A stretch of DNA of 64,000 nt from Candidatus Woesearchaeota archaeon. GTDB lineage: Archaea; Nanobdellota; Nanobdellia; Woesearchaeales; ARS49. The translations under genes and the position numbers were made by a program. The notes under the pieces are model-generated. The model saw only the letters and a program-made list of their open reading frames with translations, made no database searches and was not told the DNA's origin. Below are positions 8,983-18,426 of this stretch, piece by piece. The stretch is taken from positions 16,893-80,892 of the forward strand of contig JAWABQ010000002.1 of assembly GCA_038884575.1 (NCBI GenBank), written 5' to 3'. The first letter of the stretch is position 1. Every line of letters begins with the position of its first letter.

Positions 8983-10788
8983 ATGCATCGACGCAAAGAT
9001 TTCAACAGCCGGCTTTTCCCAAGTTTTTTAAACAGCTTGGGTGTTGCGGTTTTTGTGAGAAGAAAACGAGTGCTTTTTGGTGCAGCGTATTCTGTGATTG
9101 AGCCACTTGGGCTTCTCCACCTCGCAGGGCTTGCGCGCGACCTTGGATGGGAGAGGAAGATTGTGCTTGTCAAGGACCATGACTTCATTCCTTTTTTTGA
9201 GAAAGTAAGGGATTTCAGGCCTGACATTATAGGTCTTAATGTCTATACAGGAAATCATATGCAGATGCTTGAGGCGTGCAGGAGGATAAGGGCTGAATTC
9301 CCTGAAACAAGGCTTGCCCTTGGCGGGCCTCATGCAACTTATTTTCCTGCAGAAACAGCGCATTATGCAGACTATGTTGTCATTGGCGAGGGCTTTGGGG
9401 CGCTTAAGGAAATACTCACAAACAGCCCAAAGCAAGGGGTAATCCCAATAACAATGACAGAAAGGTTTCCAATGCCTGACAGGAAGACATTCTACGAAGA
9501 TTACCCTGAGCATGCAAGAAGCAGGATAAAAAGCGCAATAACAACAACAGGACGCCCGTACCAATGCTCATATTGCTATAACAGCAGCAGCCCTGATGAC
9601 ATAAAAGAAGGGCTTGATGTTGACATTTTTTCCAAGATAAGCGGGTCAAGCAGGCTTTTTCCACAAAACACCAGGAGCGTTGATGACCTTATTGCAGAAT
9701 GCAGGGAAATCCGCGAAGGCTGGCCTGAGACAGAGGTGATTTATTTCCAGGATGATGTGCATGCGCTTGACACAAGGCACAATGGCTGGATGGAGCAGTT
9801 CGCAAAAAGGATGCAAAAGGAAGTCGGGCTTCCATACCACGCACAGCTATGCTGGGAAATGATAAACCCGCAGTCGGTCGGGATAAGGCGCCTTGACCTC
9901 CTGCAGGAAGCAGGATGCTTCGGGCTTACTCTTTCAATAGAGGCTGCTGACCCTGTTATCAGGAGGGAAGTGCTAAACAGGAACAATAAGGAGGATCTTA
10001 TGTTCTCTGCAATGAAAGAGCTCATCAAAAGGGGGATGAGGGTAAGGACAGAGCAGATAACAGGGCTGCCTTATGGTGCAACAACAATCCCGACAAGGAT
10101 AAACCTTGATGCTGACCTGCAGCTTGTCGAGCTGAATGTAAGGCTGTTCCAGCTTACAGGAGGGCCTACAATGGCATGGGCATCAACCCTTGCGCCCTAT
10201 AAAAAGACAAAAATCGGCTCTTATTGCGAGCAGTACGGCCATTATGAGGGGCATAACAATGATGTCCCTGACACTTTCTTTGACAGGAGCGTGCTCAGGT
10301 TCCCAAAGCAATGGGTCGGCCCTGAGCTCGCTGCAAGGAAAAGCGACCCTGGCGTCTGGCTCCAGGGCAGCGAGCTTGAGCGTTACAGGGACCAGAATGC
10401 CGAGCTAAGAAACATTTTCAACCTTGCAGCAAGGCTTCCGGGAGGGCACAAGTTTGCAGAAGCATACCTGAAAAGCAAAGAGCAGTTCTCCTTCGAAAGG
10501 CTTGGGCAGGAAATAAGGGAGCACCTTCTTTTCTCATATGACCCTGAGGCAGCAGGCCTTCTGGAAAGCATAAAAGCATTCAGCGCAAAAATACCAGGAA
10601 TTACACAGATTCCTGAGGAGCAGAAATGCCTTTCAAGCCTTGCAGGATATTTTGGGTGCCTGCCGAAAAGCGAGTTTGCTGCCCAGAAATTTTTGGAATA
10701 TTCACGCAGAAAGGGCATAACTCCAAAGAGCCTTTCGACAGCAACAAGGCACCATTTGTATGACAACGTGCTTTACGCAACAAAGTAA
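8983..10788 (+). CDS. B12-binding-domain / radical-SAM-like protein with a degenerate Cys triad
   Basis: 601-aa ORF. The N-terminus RVLFGAAYSVIEPLGLLHLAGL...IIGLNVYTGNH is cobalamin-binding-domain-like. The core has RPYQCSYCYN, which is only CxxC, where rSAM proteins have CxxxCxxC. The start codon is uncertain (possibly GTG at 9055), since a TATA-like CTTTAAAAATC sits at 8958. Confidence 0.5.
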   Translation: MHRRKDFNSRLFPSFLNSLGVAVFVRRKRVLFGAAYSVIEPLGLLHLAGLARDLGWERKIVLVKDHDFIPFFEKVRDFRPDIIGLNVYTGNHMQMLEACRRIRAEFPETRLALGGPHATYFPAETAHYADYVVIGEGFGALKEILTNSPKQGVIPITMTERFPMPDRKTFYEDYPEHARSRIKSAITTTGRPYQCSYCYNSSSPDDIKEGLDVDIFSKISGSSRLFPQNTRSVDDLIAECREIREGWPETEVIYFQDDVHALDTRHNGWMEQFAKRMQKEVGLPYHAQLCWEMINPQSVGIRRLDLLQEAGCFGLTLSIEAADPVIRREVLNRNNKEDLMFSAMKELIKRGMRVRTEQITGLPYGATTIPTRINLDADLQLVELNVRLFQLTGGPTMAWASTLAPYKKTKIGSYCEQYGHYEGHNNDVPDTFFDRSVLRFPKQWVGPELAARKSDPGVWLQGSELERYRDQNAELRNIFNLAARLPGGHKFAEAYLKSKEQFSFERLGQEIREHLLFSYDPEAAGLLESIKAFSAKIPGITQIPEEQKCLSSLAGYFGCLPKSEFAAQKFLEYSRRKGITPKSLSTATRHHLYDNVLYATK

Positions 10789-10790
10789 TT

Positions 10791-12026
10791 TCAGCCAAGA
10801 ATATTTTTTGCAGCAGCTATGACTTCATCCTCTGTTATAAGGTTCATGCACTCATTCGGGCTGTCCTTTCTCGGGCACACAGCCCTTGCGCAATAGCTGC
10901 ACGGCAGGCATTTGACAATAACCCTGCGCCTTGGGCTTTCATAACTGCAGATTGACGGCGGTATTGGACCAAAGAGCACAACGGCAGGGGTTTTTAGGCA
11001 TGCTGAAAAATGATCAAGTGAGGTGTCAGGGCAGAGCACAAGGCTTGATTTTGACACAAGAGCCAGAAACTGCCTTATTGTGGTCTTTCCTGCAAGGACA
11101 ACAGGCTTGTGAACCATTTGTGATGCAATTTTTTCACACTCAGGAATGTCTGCACTGCTGCCTGTCAGGAACACAGAGCAGCCATGGTCTGCCAAGGCAT
11201 CACCAACCTTTGCCCAACGCTCGGCAAGCCAGTACTTGTTCGGCCTCCCTGTCCCGGGATTGATAAGGACTATGCGCCTTGTTTTTTTGCCAACAAGCAT
11301 TTCTGCATGGTGTCTGTCAGCATTTGCATAATGCAGCTTCAGCGCCTGCAAAGGCGTTTTTTCCCTGAAGCCAAGCGCCCTTATTATGTTGGTGTTGGTC
11401 TCAACAAGGTGGTCAAACACCGGATAAGGCACGACCTTGTTCAGCAAAAAGCCAAAACCCCTTAAGCCATAGCCGATTCTGTAGCCGCCGATAACCGTGG
11501 CAGCAAGTATGTTGCGAGGGTCTGCATGGAACTCTATGACCAAATCGTATTTTTCCTTCCTGAGCTTCAGCAAAAATTTCAGGGTTTTCAGCAGGCCCGC
11601 CTTTTTATCGCGCGCAAACCACGGAGGGTCAAACGGGATAACCTTGTCCACATCCCTATTTTTGTAAAAAAGCTCCTGTACAAAGCTGCGCACAAGCGTG
11701 TGGATTTCTGCCTTTGGGTAAAGCCTGCGCACAGCAGCATAGGCAGGCAGGGTCATGACGACATCGCCAAGGTGGTCAAGCCTTATCATGAGTATTTTTT
11801 TCGGGTTTTGGGGCTGCCTCGCAAGCTTTGTGGCAAAAAACAAGATATTGCCTGCAATGTCAGCCAGCGCAAGAAATGGCTTGTAAACAGGCTTTACGTG
11901 GTATTTTGGCGCCTTTCCCTTAAGGGGCACTGTGCCATAAGTGTTTTTGTACCTGTTGTGCCCAGGAACCAGAGGGAATAGTTTCAGGTCCATTGCCAAT
12001 ACCCTGTGTTTTCTGCTTTTAAACAT
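10791..12026 (-). CDS. glycosyltransferase family 9 (heptosyltransferase-like)
   Basis: 411 aa. KKILMIRLDHLGDVVMTLPA plus a C-terminal GT-B fold are typical of ADP-heptose:LPS heptosyltransferase (GT9). Confidence 0.7.
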   Translation of the reverse strand: MFKSRKHRVLAMDLKLFPLVPGHNRYKNTYGTVPLKGKAPKYHVKPVYKPFLALADIAGNILFFATKLARQPQNPKKILMIRLDHLGDVVMTLPAYAAVRRLYPKAEIHTLVRSFVQELFYKNRDVDKVIPFDPPWFARDKKAGLLKTLKFLLKLRKEKYDLVIEFHADPRNILAATVIGGYRIGYGLRGFGFLLNKVVPYPVFDHLVETNTNIIRALGFREKTPLQALKLHYANADRHHAEMLVGKKTRRIVLINPGTGRPNKYWLAERWAKVGDALADHGCSVFLTGSSADIPECEKIASQMVHKPVVLAGKTTIRQFLALVSKSSLVLCPDTSLDHFSACLKTPAVVLFGPIPPSICSYESPRRRVIVKCLPCSYCARAVCPRKDSPNECMNLITEDEVIAAAKNILG

Positions 12027-12040
12027 TATGGACTGAAAAC

Positions 12041-12418
12041 TTATTCCAAAGAACTCAGCCTGCTTTCAATCTTTTCCAGCTCCTCCTGCAGGATGTCTAA
12101 TTTGGATTTGGGCCGCGCCGTTTCAGGCGCCGGACCCATGATGGATTCATCCTCTCCTTCCCGCGCTAATTCGTGAGATTCAGCCTTGAAAGGGACCTTT
12201 GGCATCTTGTTCCTCAGCCTCCTGTTGAGCGACTGCAGGCTGTCAACAACTTGCTTCAGTTCGGCAAGGGCCTTTTGCTTTTCATCAGAGGTCCTCCTGT
12301 ACTCCTCATACCTCCTGAGGACGTCAAGCACGTCTTTTGTTGACATAAGAACATCCCTGCGGGTGGCAGAAGGCTCCCTGAGCTCCACAAAAAGCAGGTC
12401 TGTTTCTGGTTTTTTCAT
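12041..12418 (-). CDS. small coiled-coil protein, paralog 1 of 3 (family unknown)
   Basis: 125 aa. LLFVELREP...VLDVLRRYEEY and a C-terminal LEKIESRLSSLE, homologous to the next two genes. Confidence 0.55.
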   Translation of the reverse strand: MKKPETDLLFVELREPSATRRDVLMSTKDVLDVLRRYEEYRRTSDEKQKALAELKQVVDSLQSLNRRLRNKMPKVPFKAESHELAREGEDESIMGPAPETARPKSKLDILQEELEKIESRLSSLE

Positions 12419-12645
12419 GGCTGCGGTTCCAAAAGCGATTTGCTTATTGACGAAAGCCTTTCATCAACGTCGTCGATGTCTTTTGCCCATGCCTCTATCT
12501 GCTGGTCTTCAAGCTGCTTGAGCTCGTTTACTTTCGCAAGCAGAGCCCTTGCCTGGTCAAGCTTCCTCCTGACAGTGTCAAGCAGGTCAAGAATTGACTT
12601 GTACTCCTCGACTTTCACGAAAACCGGCGCCCTTTGATCGTCCAT
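12415..12645 (-). CDS. small coiled-coil protein, paralog 2 of 3
   Basis: 76 aa. PVFVKVEEYKSILDLLDTVRRKLDQA...ERLSSISKSL. It overlaps its neighbour by 4 nt. Confidence 0.55.
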   Translation of the reverse strand: MDDQRAPVFVKVEEYKSILDLLDTVRRKLDQARALLAKVNELKQLEDQQIEAWAKDIDDVDERLSSISKSLLEPQP

Positions 12646-12651
12646 TTTGAT

Positions 12652-13266
12652 TCACCTTCGCGACTTTGCAATAACCCTGTCAATCTGCCCAAGCTTGCGC
12701 TCTATTTCCTCAAGCTGCGAGCGCCACTTGTCAAACACCTTTTCCTCCTCTGCCCTGATTTCAGACAGGCGGTGCACAAAATTATCAGCCTCATCAAGCT
12801 TTTCCCTTACGCGGTTTGAGTGGTCCATGATTGTGCGGTATTCGTCAACAGCAACAAATGCAGTGCCGATTGGCTTCCTTATTGTCTCGCGCTCAGGAAT
12901 CTCCACCTCTTCAGCAGGCGCTTCCTCGGCAGGCTTTGGCTCAATGCGGGTTGGCTCCTCTGGCATTGGCTCTTCAACAGGCTCAGGAAGCTCTGGCATT
13001 TCAGGCGCAGGGGCTTCTGGCAGCCCTGCAGGAAGTTCTTCAGGCTGGGGAATTTCCTGCGGTTCAGGAATTTCAGGAGCTTCCTCGGGAAGCGCAATCT
13101 CCTTAGGCACTTCAGGCGCCTTTATGCTGGGAATGTCGCCTGCAGGCATTGGAAATTCTGGAGGAGAAGGCGGTGGCGGGAGTTCTGGCAGCGATGGCCT
13201 CTTCTTTTTGAATAATCCGAACATTGTTCCCACACCCAGATAGTGATGCTCATTCCTTTGCTTCAT
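12652..13266 (-). CDS. coiled-coil protein, paralog 3 of 3, with a Pro/Glu-rich linker
   Basis: 204 aa. The C-terminal TAFVAVDEYRTIMDHSNRVREKLDEA aligns with paralog 2. A PE(x)P low-complexity region follows the N-terminal hydrophobic segment. Confidence 0.55.
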   Translation of the reverse strand: MKQRNEHHYLGVGTMFGLFKKKRPSLPELPPPPSPPEFPMPAGDIPSIKAPEVPKEIALPEEAPEIPEPQEIPQPEELPAGLPEAPAPEMPELPEPVEEPMPEEPTRIEPKPAEEAPAEEVEIPERETIRKPIGTAFVAVDEYRTIMDHSNRVREKLDEADNFVHRLSEIRAEEEKVFDKWRSQLEEIERKLGQIDRVIAKSRR

Positions 13267-13359
13267 AAACTTTTATTAGCACTCCCGAATGGTGTCAAAA
13301 CGTATTCCAGACCACAACAAAGCTTTAATAGCAGGGAATATCAGTAACAATCTTCTTAG

Positions 13360-13854
13360 ATGGAAACAAATGCAATAAAAAGCCCAAAGGCTGTTTCTTT
13401 GGCTGAAGTCGTCTCTGATGTGAAAGCGGCTTATAAGGATGACAAGGATTTGGCGCCCTTTGCCGAGATGCTCTGGCAATGCATTTACGAGCAGATTCCA
13501 TGCCTTGACTACAGCACAGAAGAAAAGCCTGATGAAGAAAACTGCAGCCCTGAAGGTTATGCTGCTGCAAAAGGCAATCCTGACATATGCGCAGCCCTGA
13601 AAGACTGCCTTGTCAGGGCAGGAATGCCTGACTGCACAGCAACCTTGCGGGTGGTTTTGCCTGCGTTCTGGTTTGTGAGCAGGCAAGGTGTGCTGGAAAC
13701 GTGCCAGATGCGGAAGAACAAGGGATACCTTTGGGCGCTGGACAGGGAAAAACACAACAATGCAAGAAGCGCATACGGGGCAGAATTTGAGGCGCAAAAG
13801 CCTTACATTCTCAGCAACCTCGTGATTGCCCTTGGCAGCAAGCAAAACTTATAA
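13360..13854 (+). CDS. hypothetical Cys-rich protein
   Basis: 164-aa ORF with normal composition. The antisense ORF 13276-13845 is junk-like and rejected. Confidence 0.45.
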   Translation: METNAIKSPKAVSLAEVVSDVKAAYKDDKDLAPFAEMLWQCIYEQIPCLDYSTEEKPDEENCSPEGYAAAKGNPDICAALKDCLVRAGMPDCTATLRVVLPAFWFVSRQGVLETCQMRKNKGYLWALDREKHNNARSAYGAEFEAQKPYILSNLVIALGSKQNL

Positions 13855-13879
13855 ATAGCCCTCAAAGTGCAGGGGGAGT

Positions 13880-14440
13880 ATGGCAGACGCAGTTCTCGCA
13901 CGCGTAATCATTGAAATGCTCGGCGCGCCAAAAGAGCACATCGAGAAGACAATGAGGGACTATATTGACAAGCTCAAGAAGGAGCAGGCAGTCCTCAAGT
14001 CAGACATCGCAGAGGCGCAGCCAGAGCAGGAAGGAAAAATATTTGGCACGCACGCAGAGCTCGAGATAAAATTTGATGACCTTGCAGACCTGCTTGACTT
14101 CTGCTTTGAAAGCATGCCAAGCTCTGTCGAGGTAGTTGAGCCAGGCACTCTTTCAATACCGCTGAACAAGCTCAACGGGTTTTTGAATGACCTGCAGGCA
14201 AGGCTCCACGAGGCAGACGCAATAGTCAAGACTGGCAAGATAAGGCAGCAAATCCTTGACACGAATGCAACAAACATATTCAGGAGGTTTTTGATTGCGA
14301 TGGTGGAGCACGGACACCTGACAGCAAGCGAGATGTCGCACTATGTCGGAGTGCACCCGAGCAAGCTTGTGCCGTTCCTTGACAAGCTGGTTGAGGAGAA
14401 AAAGCTGAAAAAAGAAGGCGAAAAATACTCAATACCATGA
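13880..14440 (+). CDS. hypothetical protein, possibly a divergent ScpA-like kleisin (helical N-terminus, C-terminal winged-helix-like segment)
   Basis: 186 aa. It is translationally coupled (ATGA overlap) to scpB. The C-terminal FRRFLIAMVEHGHLTASEMSHYVGVHPSKLVPFLDKLVEEKKL looks like a wHTH. Confidence 0.4.
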   Translation: MADAVLARVIIEMLGAPKEHIEKTMRDYIDKLKKEQAVLKSDIAEAQPEQEGKIFGTHAELEIKFDDLADLLDFCFESMPSSVEVVEPGTLSIPLNKLNGFLNDLQARLHEADAIVKTGKIRQQILDTNATNIFRRFLIAMVEHGHLTASEMSHYVGVHPSKLVPFLDKLVEEKKLKKEGEKYSIP

Positions 14441-15675
14441 GCGAGCTAAAAAACCAGGTTGAGTCCCTGCTGTTTTCTGCAGGCAAAAGGCTTACTATTG
14501 AAGAGCTTGGAAGGCTTTGCAAAGAGGAAAACCTTGATGCCATCAGGGTTGCAGTTGGGCTCTTGAAAAAAGAGCTTGATGACAAGCAAAGCTCGCTTAT
14601 GCTTGTCGAGGAAGGGGGAGCTTACAAGCTGACTGTGCGGGAAAAATACATCCCTATGGTGAAAAAGGTTGTCACGACTCCTGAACTGCCAAAAAGCATA
14701 ATGGAAACGCTTGCAGTCGTCGCGTACAAGGCGCCTGTGCTGCAGAGCCAGGTCATAAAGATACGCACGAACAAGGCATACAGGCACCTTGACGAAATAG
14801 AGGAGATGGGATATATCACAAGGGAAAAAAAGGGAAGAAGCAAGCTCATCAAGCTCACTCCGAAATTCTTTGACTATTTTGACGTTCCGCCTGACAAATT
14901 AAAGGAGAAATTCCACAATGTTGCTGCGCTTGAAAAGGCAATAGAGGAAAAGGAAAAATCCATAGAGCAGGCGCAGCAGGCAATTATTGAGGCAGCCAAG
15001 GAAAGCAAGCCGCAGTCAGAAATCGTTACAAATGAACTGCCCAAATTAGCGCCTGAAATTGAGGTCATTGGAGGAAAAATCGGAGAGCTTGAGACATACG
15101 GCGAAGCGCCAAAGCCAAAGAAAAAGCACAAGAAAAAGAAGGGAAAAGAGGAGGAAAAGCCAAAAACACAGGAAGAGGCAGCAGAAGCGCTCGCGGCAAA
15201 GATTCTCGGCGAGGCAGGAATTGAAACTCCAGAAGCAACACCAGAGGAAGAATCTGAAATAGAGGAAGAAGGCAGATTAACAGTTGAAAAAATAAAAAAA
15301 GAGGCAGAAAAGGCAAAGCCTGCAAAGACAGCATACACGCCAACAGGGCTTTTCCCAGAAGGAGTGCCGCCAGAAGTCGAGGAAAAAATAGAGCACAGGA
15401 TGGCAGAAATAGTCGAAGGCGAAAAGCCAAAGCCGGAAGAAGGAGAATTTCCTGAACCGCCAGAAACACTCCCTGCGCCGCCAGAAGAAGAAACACCTGA
15501 AGAAGCAGCAGAAGAAGTTGAGTCAGAAGAAGCAAAGCCAGAGGAAGAAAAACCTGCAGAGGAAGCTTCTGAAGGGGAAGAAAAAGAAGAAGAGCCTGCT
15601 GAGGAGGAAGCAGAGGAAGAACATCCTGCTCCAGAGCCAGAAGAACTGCCGAAAAAGCACAAGAGGCACCACTAA
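14437..15675 (+). CDS. scpB: segregation and condensation protein B (ScpB) with a long C-terminal E/K/P-rich low-complexity extension
   Basis: The N-terminal ~160 aa (ESLLFSAGKRLTIEEL...METLAVVAYKAPV...IEEMGYITREKKG) are ScpB tandem wHTH domains. The remaining ~250 aa are acidic low complexity. Confidence 0.7.
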   Translation: MSELKNQVESLLFSAGKRLTIEELGRLCKEENLDAIRVAVGLLKKELDDKQSSLMLVEEGGAYKLTVREKYIPMVKKVVTTPELPKSIMETLAVVAYKAPVLQSQVIKIRTNKAYRHLDEIEEMGYITREKKGRSKLIKLTPKFFDYFDVPPDKLKEKFHNVAALEKAIEEKEKSIEQAQQAIIEAAKESKPQSEIVTNELPKLAPEIEVIGGKIGELETYGEAPKPKKKHKKKKGKEEEKPKTQEEAAEALAAKILGEAGIETPEATPEEESEIEEEGRLTVEKIKKEAEKAKPAKTAYTPTGLFPEGVPPEVEEKIEHRMAEIVEGEKPKPEEGEFPEPPETLPAPPEEETPEEAAEEVESEEAKPEEEKPAEEASEGEEKEEEPAEEEAEEEHPAPEPEELPKKHKRHH

Positions 15676-15676
15676 T

Positions 15677-15826
15677 ATGCTAAGATTTGAGCTGAAATGC
15701 CCACAGTGCGGACACCACATGAAGTATGAGGCAAGAGACAGCATACTGACTAATAAGATAAAGAAATGCGTCTATTGCGGAAAGAATTTCAGGGTAAAAA
15801 ACAGCATTGTAAAACAGCTTTTCTGA
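15677..15826 (+). CDS. small zinc-ribbon protein
   Basis: 49 aa: MLRFELKCPQCGHHMKYEARDSILTNKIKKCVYCGKNF, i.e. CxxC...CxxC. The ORF-track entry 15518-15826 extends it spuriously into the scpB tail. Confidence 0.5.
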   Translation: MLRFELKCPQCGHHMKYEARDSILTNKIKKCVYCGKNFRVKNSIVKQLF

Positions 15827-15830
15827 ATTC

Positions 15831-15956
15831 TTCGTCGAGCCAAAACTGTCTAAAACAAGCGTTATACTGGCTATAAGCGGGTTTTAGAAAAGAAAGGCTT
15901 ATAAAGGGTGGGCAATTCTAATTTATCGACGAGAAAAGGGGAGTTTCTCGACGACC
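15831..15956 (+). promoter_or_regulatory. three copies of TCGACGA (one inverted) flanking the gyrA promoter; candidate operator
   Basis: TTCGTCGAG at 15831-15839 (inverted), ATCGACGAG at 15924-15932 and CTCGACGAC at 15947-15955. The two direct copies are 23 bp apart, between the TATA box and the ATG. Confidence 0.35.
15899..15905 (+). promoter_or_regulatory. TATA box (TTATAAA) upstream of gyrA
   Basis: AAAGGCTTATAAAGGG lies about 55 bp upstream of the gyrA ATG. Confidence 0.45.
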
Positions 15957-15960
15957 AATT

Positions 15961-18426
15961 ATGGCAGAAGCCAGTGAGCAGATTAAAACACCCGCAAACA
16001 AGATTGTTGTAAGGGTTATTGAAGATGAGATGAAGAAGTCTTACCTAGATTATTCCATGTCAGTCATTGTTGGCCGCGCGCTTCCTGATGTCCGCGACGG
16101 CCTGAAGCCTGTGCACAGGCGCGTTCTTTTCGGGATGTACGAAATGGGAATGCTCCACAACAAGCCGTTCAAGAAGTGCGCACGCATTGTTGGAGACGTA
16201 ATGGGCAAATACCACCCGCACGGAGACGCAGCAATCTATGACACGCTTGTAAGGATGGCTCAGGATTTCTCGCTCAGGTATGTTCTTGTTGACGGACAGG
16301 GAAATTTCGGAAGCATTGACGGCGACAATGCAGCAGCAATGCGTTACACAGAGGCAAGGCTCAAGAAGATTGCTGAAGAGATTTTGCAGGACATAGACAA
16401 GGAAACAGTTGATTTTGTCCCAAACTATGACGGCTCACTGAAAGAGCCTTCTGTACTGCCAAGCAAAGTGCCAAATCTGCTCATAAACGGCTCAGCAGGA
16501 ATTGCAGTCGGAATGGCAACAAACATACCGCCGCACAACCTCAAAGAGGTCTGCGGGGCAGTGGCGCACTTTATTGACCACCCAGCATGCACAGTGCAGG
16601 ACCTGATGATTAACATTCCGGCTCCGGATTTCCCTACAGGCGGCATAATAATGGGCACCTCCGGCATAAAGGAGGCATACTCGACAGGAAGGGGAAAAAT
16701 AACAGTAAGGGCAAGAACAAGCATAGAGGACTACAGGCAAAGGCAGCGCATCATAGTCACAGAAATCCCATACCAGGTAAACAAGTCACAGCTTATTGAG
16801 GAAATAGCAGAGCTAGTCAAGGACAAGAAAATACAGGGCATTTCTGACATCCGCGACGAATCAGACAGGGAGGGAATGCGAATAGTGATTGAGCTCAAGA
16901 CAGGAGCAAATTCTGACGTTGTGCTTAACCAGTTATTCCAGCACTCAAGGCTGCAGGTAACTTTTGGCATCATAATGCTTGCCCTTGACAAAAATGAGCC
17001 CCAAATAATGCCCCTGAAGACGCTTATTGAGAAATTCGTTCTCCACAGGCAGGAAGTTGTCAGGAAAAGGACAGCATTTGACCTCAAGGAGGCAGAGCAA
17101 AAAGCTCACATTCTGGAAGGATTGATTGTTGCCCTGAACAACATTGACCCGATAGTTGCATTCTTGAAGAAAAGCAAGGACACTGCTGCTGCAAAGACCG
17201 GGCTGATGGCTGACTACAAGCTCACAGAAGTCCAGGCGCAGGCAATCCTTGAAATGAAGTTGTCAAGGCTCACTTCCCTTGAGCAGAACAAGATAAAAGA
17301 AGAGCACACAGGGCTTTTGAAACTAATTGCAGAACTGAAAAGCATACTTGCAGACCCGCAAAAAATACTGAACATAATCAAGAACGAAATGCTTGAGCTA
17401 ACAAGGAACTACGGCGACAACAGAAAAACACAGGTCATACAGACAGAAGCAGCTGCAATAGAGGAAGAGCACCTCATAAAGCCAGAAGACATGGTAGTCA
17501 CACTGACACACGCAGGATATGTCAAGAGACTGCCTGTTGACACATACCAGGCGCAAAAAAGAGGCGGAAAAGGAGTCATTGCAGCAGAAACAAAAGAAGA
17601 GGACTTTGTAGAGGATTTGTTTATCGCGAATACGCACGATTACTTGTTGCTGTTCACGAATTTGGGCAAGGTCCACTGGCTCAAGGTATATCAGATACCA
17701 GAGGCAGGAAGGTATGCAAAGGGAACAGCGATTGTTAATTTGCTTGAGCTTGCGCAGGGCGAAAAAGTAGCAACCTGCGTGCCAGTAAAAGACTTCCCAG
17801 AAGACAAATTCCTGTTCCTCGTAACAAAGCAAGGCACAGTCAAGAAAACACCGCTTTCAGAATTCGCAAACCCGCGCAAAGGAGGAATAATCTCAGTCAC
17901 ACTTACAGAAGGCGATGAATTAATGGCAGTTGAGCTCACAGATGGAAAGCAAGACATCATTATTGCAACAAGAGATGGAAACGCAATCAGGTTCAACGAA
18001 TCAGACGTCCGCCCAATGGGAAGGACAGCACAAGGAGTAATAGGAATACGCCTTCGTGAGAAAGACGAAGTCATCGGGGCAGTGCTGGCGCAAAAAGAAA
18101 AGACATTATTGACTGTGACAGAGCTCGGCTACGGAAAACGCTCAGCATTTGAGGAATACAGCACAATACGCAGGGGCGGCGTTGGAGTCATAAACATCAA
18201 AGTGACTGACAAGAACGGAAAGGCAGTCGCAATAAAGACAGTAAAAGACGATGACCAGCTGCTCCTGATAACACAGAGCGGAATAGCAATAAGGGTTCCT
18301 GCAAACCAGATTTCAGTAATAGGAAGAAACACCCAAGGAGTCAGGATAATAAAGCTTGGTGAAGGCGACAAGGTCACTTCTGTAGCAGTTGTGCAGGAAA
18401 AAGAAAACGGCAATGGAGCACAATGA
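15961..18426 (+). CDS. gyrA: DNA gyrase subunit A
   Basis: 821 aa. The N-terminus [35 protein letters not shown]...[10 protein letters not shown] is the GyrA/ParC catalytic core, and the C-terminal beta-pinwheel repeats are present. Confidence 0.85.
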   Translation: MAEASEQIKTPANKIVVRVIEDEMKKSYLDYSMSVIVGRALPDVRDGLKPVHRRVLFGMYEMGMLHNKPFKKCARIVGDVMGKYHPHGDAAIYDTLVRMAQDFSLRYVLVDGQGNFGSIDGDNAAAMRYTEARLKKIAEEILQDIDKETVDFVPNYDGSLKEPSVLPSKVPNLLINGSAGIAVGMATNIPPHNLKEVCGAVAHFIDHPACTVQDLMINIPAPDFPTGGIIMGTSGIKEAYSTGRGKITVRARTSIEDYRQRQRIIVTEIPYQVNKSQLIEEIAELVKDKKIQGISDIRDESDREGMRIVIELKTGANSDVVLNQLFQHSRLQVTFGIIMLALDKNEPQIMPLKTLIEKFVLHRQEVVRKRTAFDLKEAEQKAHILEGLIVALNNIDPIVAFLKKSKDTAAAKTGLMADYKLTEVQAQAILEMKLSRLTSLEQNKIKEEHTGLLKLIAELKSILADPQKILNIIKNEMLELTRNYGDNRKTQVIQTEAAAIEEEHLIKPEDMVVTLTHAGYVKRLPVDTYQAQKRGGKGVIAAETKEEDFVEDLFIANTHDYLLLFTNLGKVHWLKVYQIPEAGRYAKGTAIVNLLELAQGEKVATCVPVKDFPEDKFLFLVTKQGTVKKTPLSEFANPRKGGIISVTLTEGDELMAVELTDGKQDIIIATRDGNAIRFNESDVRPMGRTAQGVIGIRLREKDEVIGAVLAQKEKTLLTVTELGYGKRSAFEEYSTIRRGGVGVINIKVTDKNGKAVAIKTVKDDDQLLLITQSGIAIRVPANQISVIGRNTQGVRIIKLGEGDKVTSVAVVQEKENGNGAQ

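Noticed and set aside
13276-13845. 189-aa minus-strand ORF overlapping the plus ORF at 13360-13854
   Set aside because: The R/C/F-rich junk-like composition marks it as the antisense of a well-behaved plus-strand ORF.
14874-15662. 262-aa Ser/Gly/Ala-rich minus-strand ORF, plus 15065-15535 and 15059-15262
   Set aside because: These are antisense or frame-shifted readings of the ScpB acidic low-complexity tail, and pure low-complexity artefacts.
15518-15676. K/R-rich N-terminal extension of the ORF 15518-15826
   Set aside because: It overlaps the ScpB tail in another frame. The real gene starts at the ATG at 15677, immediately after the ScpB stop.
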